Source: Acidimicrobiales bacterium (GTDB lineage Bacteria > Actinomycetota > Acidimicrobiia > Acidimicrobiales > Aldehydirespiratoraceae). Taken from it: DNA of 64,000 nucleotides. Both the position numbers and the translations under genes were made by a program. How positions within the stretch are numbered: position 1 is the stretch's first letter; each line of letters begins with the position of its first letter. Below, one piece after another: positions 62,908-64,000 of the stretch. The stretch is from assembly GCA_965116965.1 (NCBI GenBank), contig OZ220743.1, forward strand, positions 3,887,262-3,951,261, read 5' to 3'. The notes beneath the pieces are model-generated. The model saw nothing but the letters and a program-made list of their open reading frames with translations, was not told where the DNA came from and did no database searches.

Positions 62908-63879
62908 CTAGGCCCCTGTGCCGGTCGCCCCTCCGGGGGCCGGCACTTTTTCCATCGAAGGCACCAGGGACTGGGCCGGCGGGCCGTCACTGCGCTGCTC
63001 GGCCGCGAGTACGTCCTCCCACAGCTCTCGCACGATGGCCTCGGCTGTTCGGTCCCCTCCCTCGTGAAGCCGGATCCGGCCGGTGAGAGCCATCAGCGCG
63101 GCGTCGAGGCCCACGCCGGGGTCGTCGAGGGCCAGGCCTCGGAGCCCGCTGAGGTGGGCGGCCACATCGCAAAGGTCCATCGCCCCCCGCACCGAAGCCC
63201 CCATCCGCACGTCGCGGTGGGTGCGGGTGGCCCGGGTCGCCGCCACGGCCCGAGCCAAGGTGCGTTGGGCCGCCTCGTCGGTGGCTGGGAGACCGTGGGC
63301 CCGCAATTCGACGATGTGGCGCTCGGTGCGCTCGTCCTGGTAGCCCATGGCCAGGTGGCAGATGCGGTCGTAGACCGCGCTCGACAGCCGGGACGTACCC
63401 ACCGTGTCGTAGGGATTCATGGCGGCCACCAGCCGGAACTGCTCGGCGGCGGCCACCTTGCCCACCCGGGGCAGGTGGAACTCGCCCTCGGACATCACCC
63501 CGATGAGCAGGTTGACGGTCTCCTCGGGCACCCGGTTGAGCTCCTCGACGTAGAGCAGCGCACCGTCCTGCATGGCCTCGACGAGGGGACCGGGCACGAA
63601 GGCATCGGGGACGTATCCCTCCGAGAGCACCCGAGCCGGGTCGAATTGGCCCGCGAGGCGGGCCGGGGTCAGTTCGGCATTGCCCTGAACCGTGACCAGC
63701 GGCAGGTCCAGCGCCGCGGCCAGGGCCCGCAGCAGGGTCGTCTTGCCGGTGCCGGGCGGGCCCTCCAGCAGCAGGTGGCGCCCCGCATCCACCGTCGCGA
63801 TCACGAGCTCGACCTCGCGCCGGCGACCCACCACCTCAGCCGCGACAGCCTCGACCAGAGCGCTCAGATCATCCGTCAT
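62908..63879 (-). CDS. MoxR-family AAA+ ATPase
   Basis: 323 aa from MTDDLSALVEAV. Walker A is LLLEGPPGTGKTTLL, Walker B is LLYVEELNR. AAMNPYD is also present. Confidence 0.85.
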   Translation of the reverse strand: MTDDLSALVEAVAAEVVGRRREVELVIATVDAGRHLLLEGPPGTGKTTLLRALAAALDLPLVTVQGNAELTPARLAGQFDPARVLSEGYVPDAFVPGPLVEAMQDGALLYVEELNRVPEETVNLLIGVMSEGEFHLPRVGKVAAAEQFRLVAAMNPYDTVGTSRLSSAVYDRICHLAMGYQDERTERHIVELRAHGLPATDEAAQRTLARAVAATRATRTHRDVRMGASVRGAMDLCDVAAHLSGLRGLALDDPGVGLDAALMALTGRIRLHEGGDRTAEAIVRELWEDVLAAEQRSDGPPAQSLVPSMEKVPAPGGATGTGA

Positions 63880-64000
63880 CCCGCCTGCCCGCGTCCCAGC
63901 GGCGGCAGCAGCCGCTCCCGACCCGAACTGGCAGCGGCGAACGCCCATTCGGGAGTCCCCGGCTGCCAATTCGCCCCGACCAACCCGTTCCCCCGTCGCG

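Overview
High-GC (about 70% in core genes by eye) actinobacterial-type chromosome segment, possibly class Acidimicrobiia (an unverified guess). The backbone is the conserved translation/transcription supercluster, entirely on the minus strand. From high to low coordinates it runs: tRNA-Thr, tRNA-Met, tRNA-Trp, secE, nusG, rplK, rplA, rplJ, rplL, rpoB, rpoC, rpsL, rpsG, fusA, tuf, rpsJ, the S10/spc/alpha operons (rplC to rplQ, including secY, adk, infA, rpmJ, rpoA), truA, rplM, rpsI, glmM and a double-length GlmS-like gene. The main observation is that this cluster is interrupted three times by accessory DNA at junctions that are normally tight. (1) rpsJ|rplC, 21.9-28.4 kb: DUF4143 AAA ATPase, AI-2E permease, trpC, and a single-chain PD-(D/E)xK + N6-MTase + TRD restriction-modification enzyme. 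(2) rpsG|fusA, 32.1-35.3 kb: HigB/HigA-type TA pair, an SNF2 helicase remnant and a frameshifted gene. (3) rplL|rpoB, 43.9-47.1 kb: a coiled-coil membrane protein, an orphan polytopic membrane protein in a low-GC patch, and a CX5R phosphatase. An ECF sigma/anti-sigma pair also sits between tRNA-Met and tRNA-Trp. The right-hand 12 kb is accessory: a 1991-aa thioester-less alpha-2-macroglobulin-like protein, an acyl-CoA synthetase, decayed liv transporter fragments, a BrnT/BrnA-like TA candidate and a MoxR-VWA pair. Small-scale signals: a perfect 50-bp tandem duplication across the secY start that creates a decoy start/uORF; a perfect 26-bp tandem duplication upstream of the A2M gene; a 47-nt dispersed repeat in three copies; three 23-bp-phased GATCTGCG boxes in a divergent promoter; and in-frame tandem repeats in rplJ and in a coiled-coil gene. 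No rRNA, CRISPR array, integrase or transposase was recognised. I did not find one clearly novel multi-gene system. All homology calls come from reading motifs in the translations, not from database searches.
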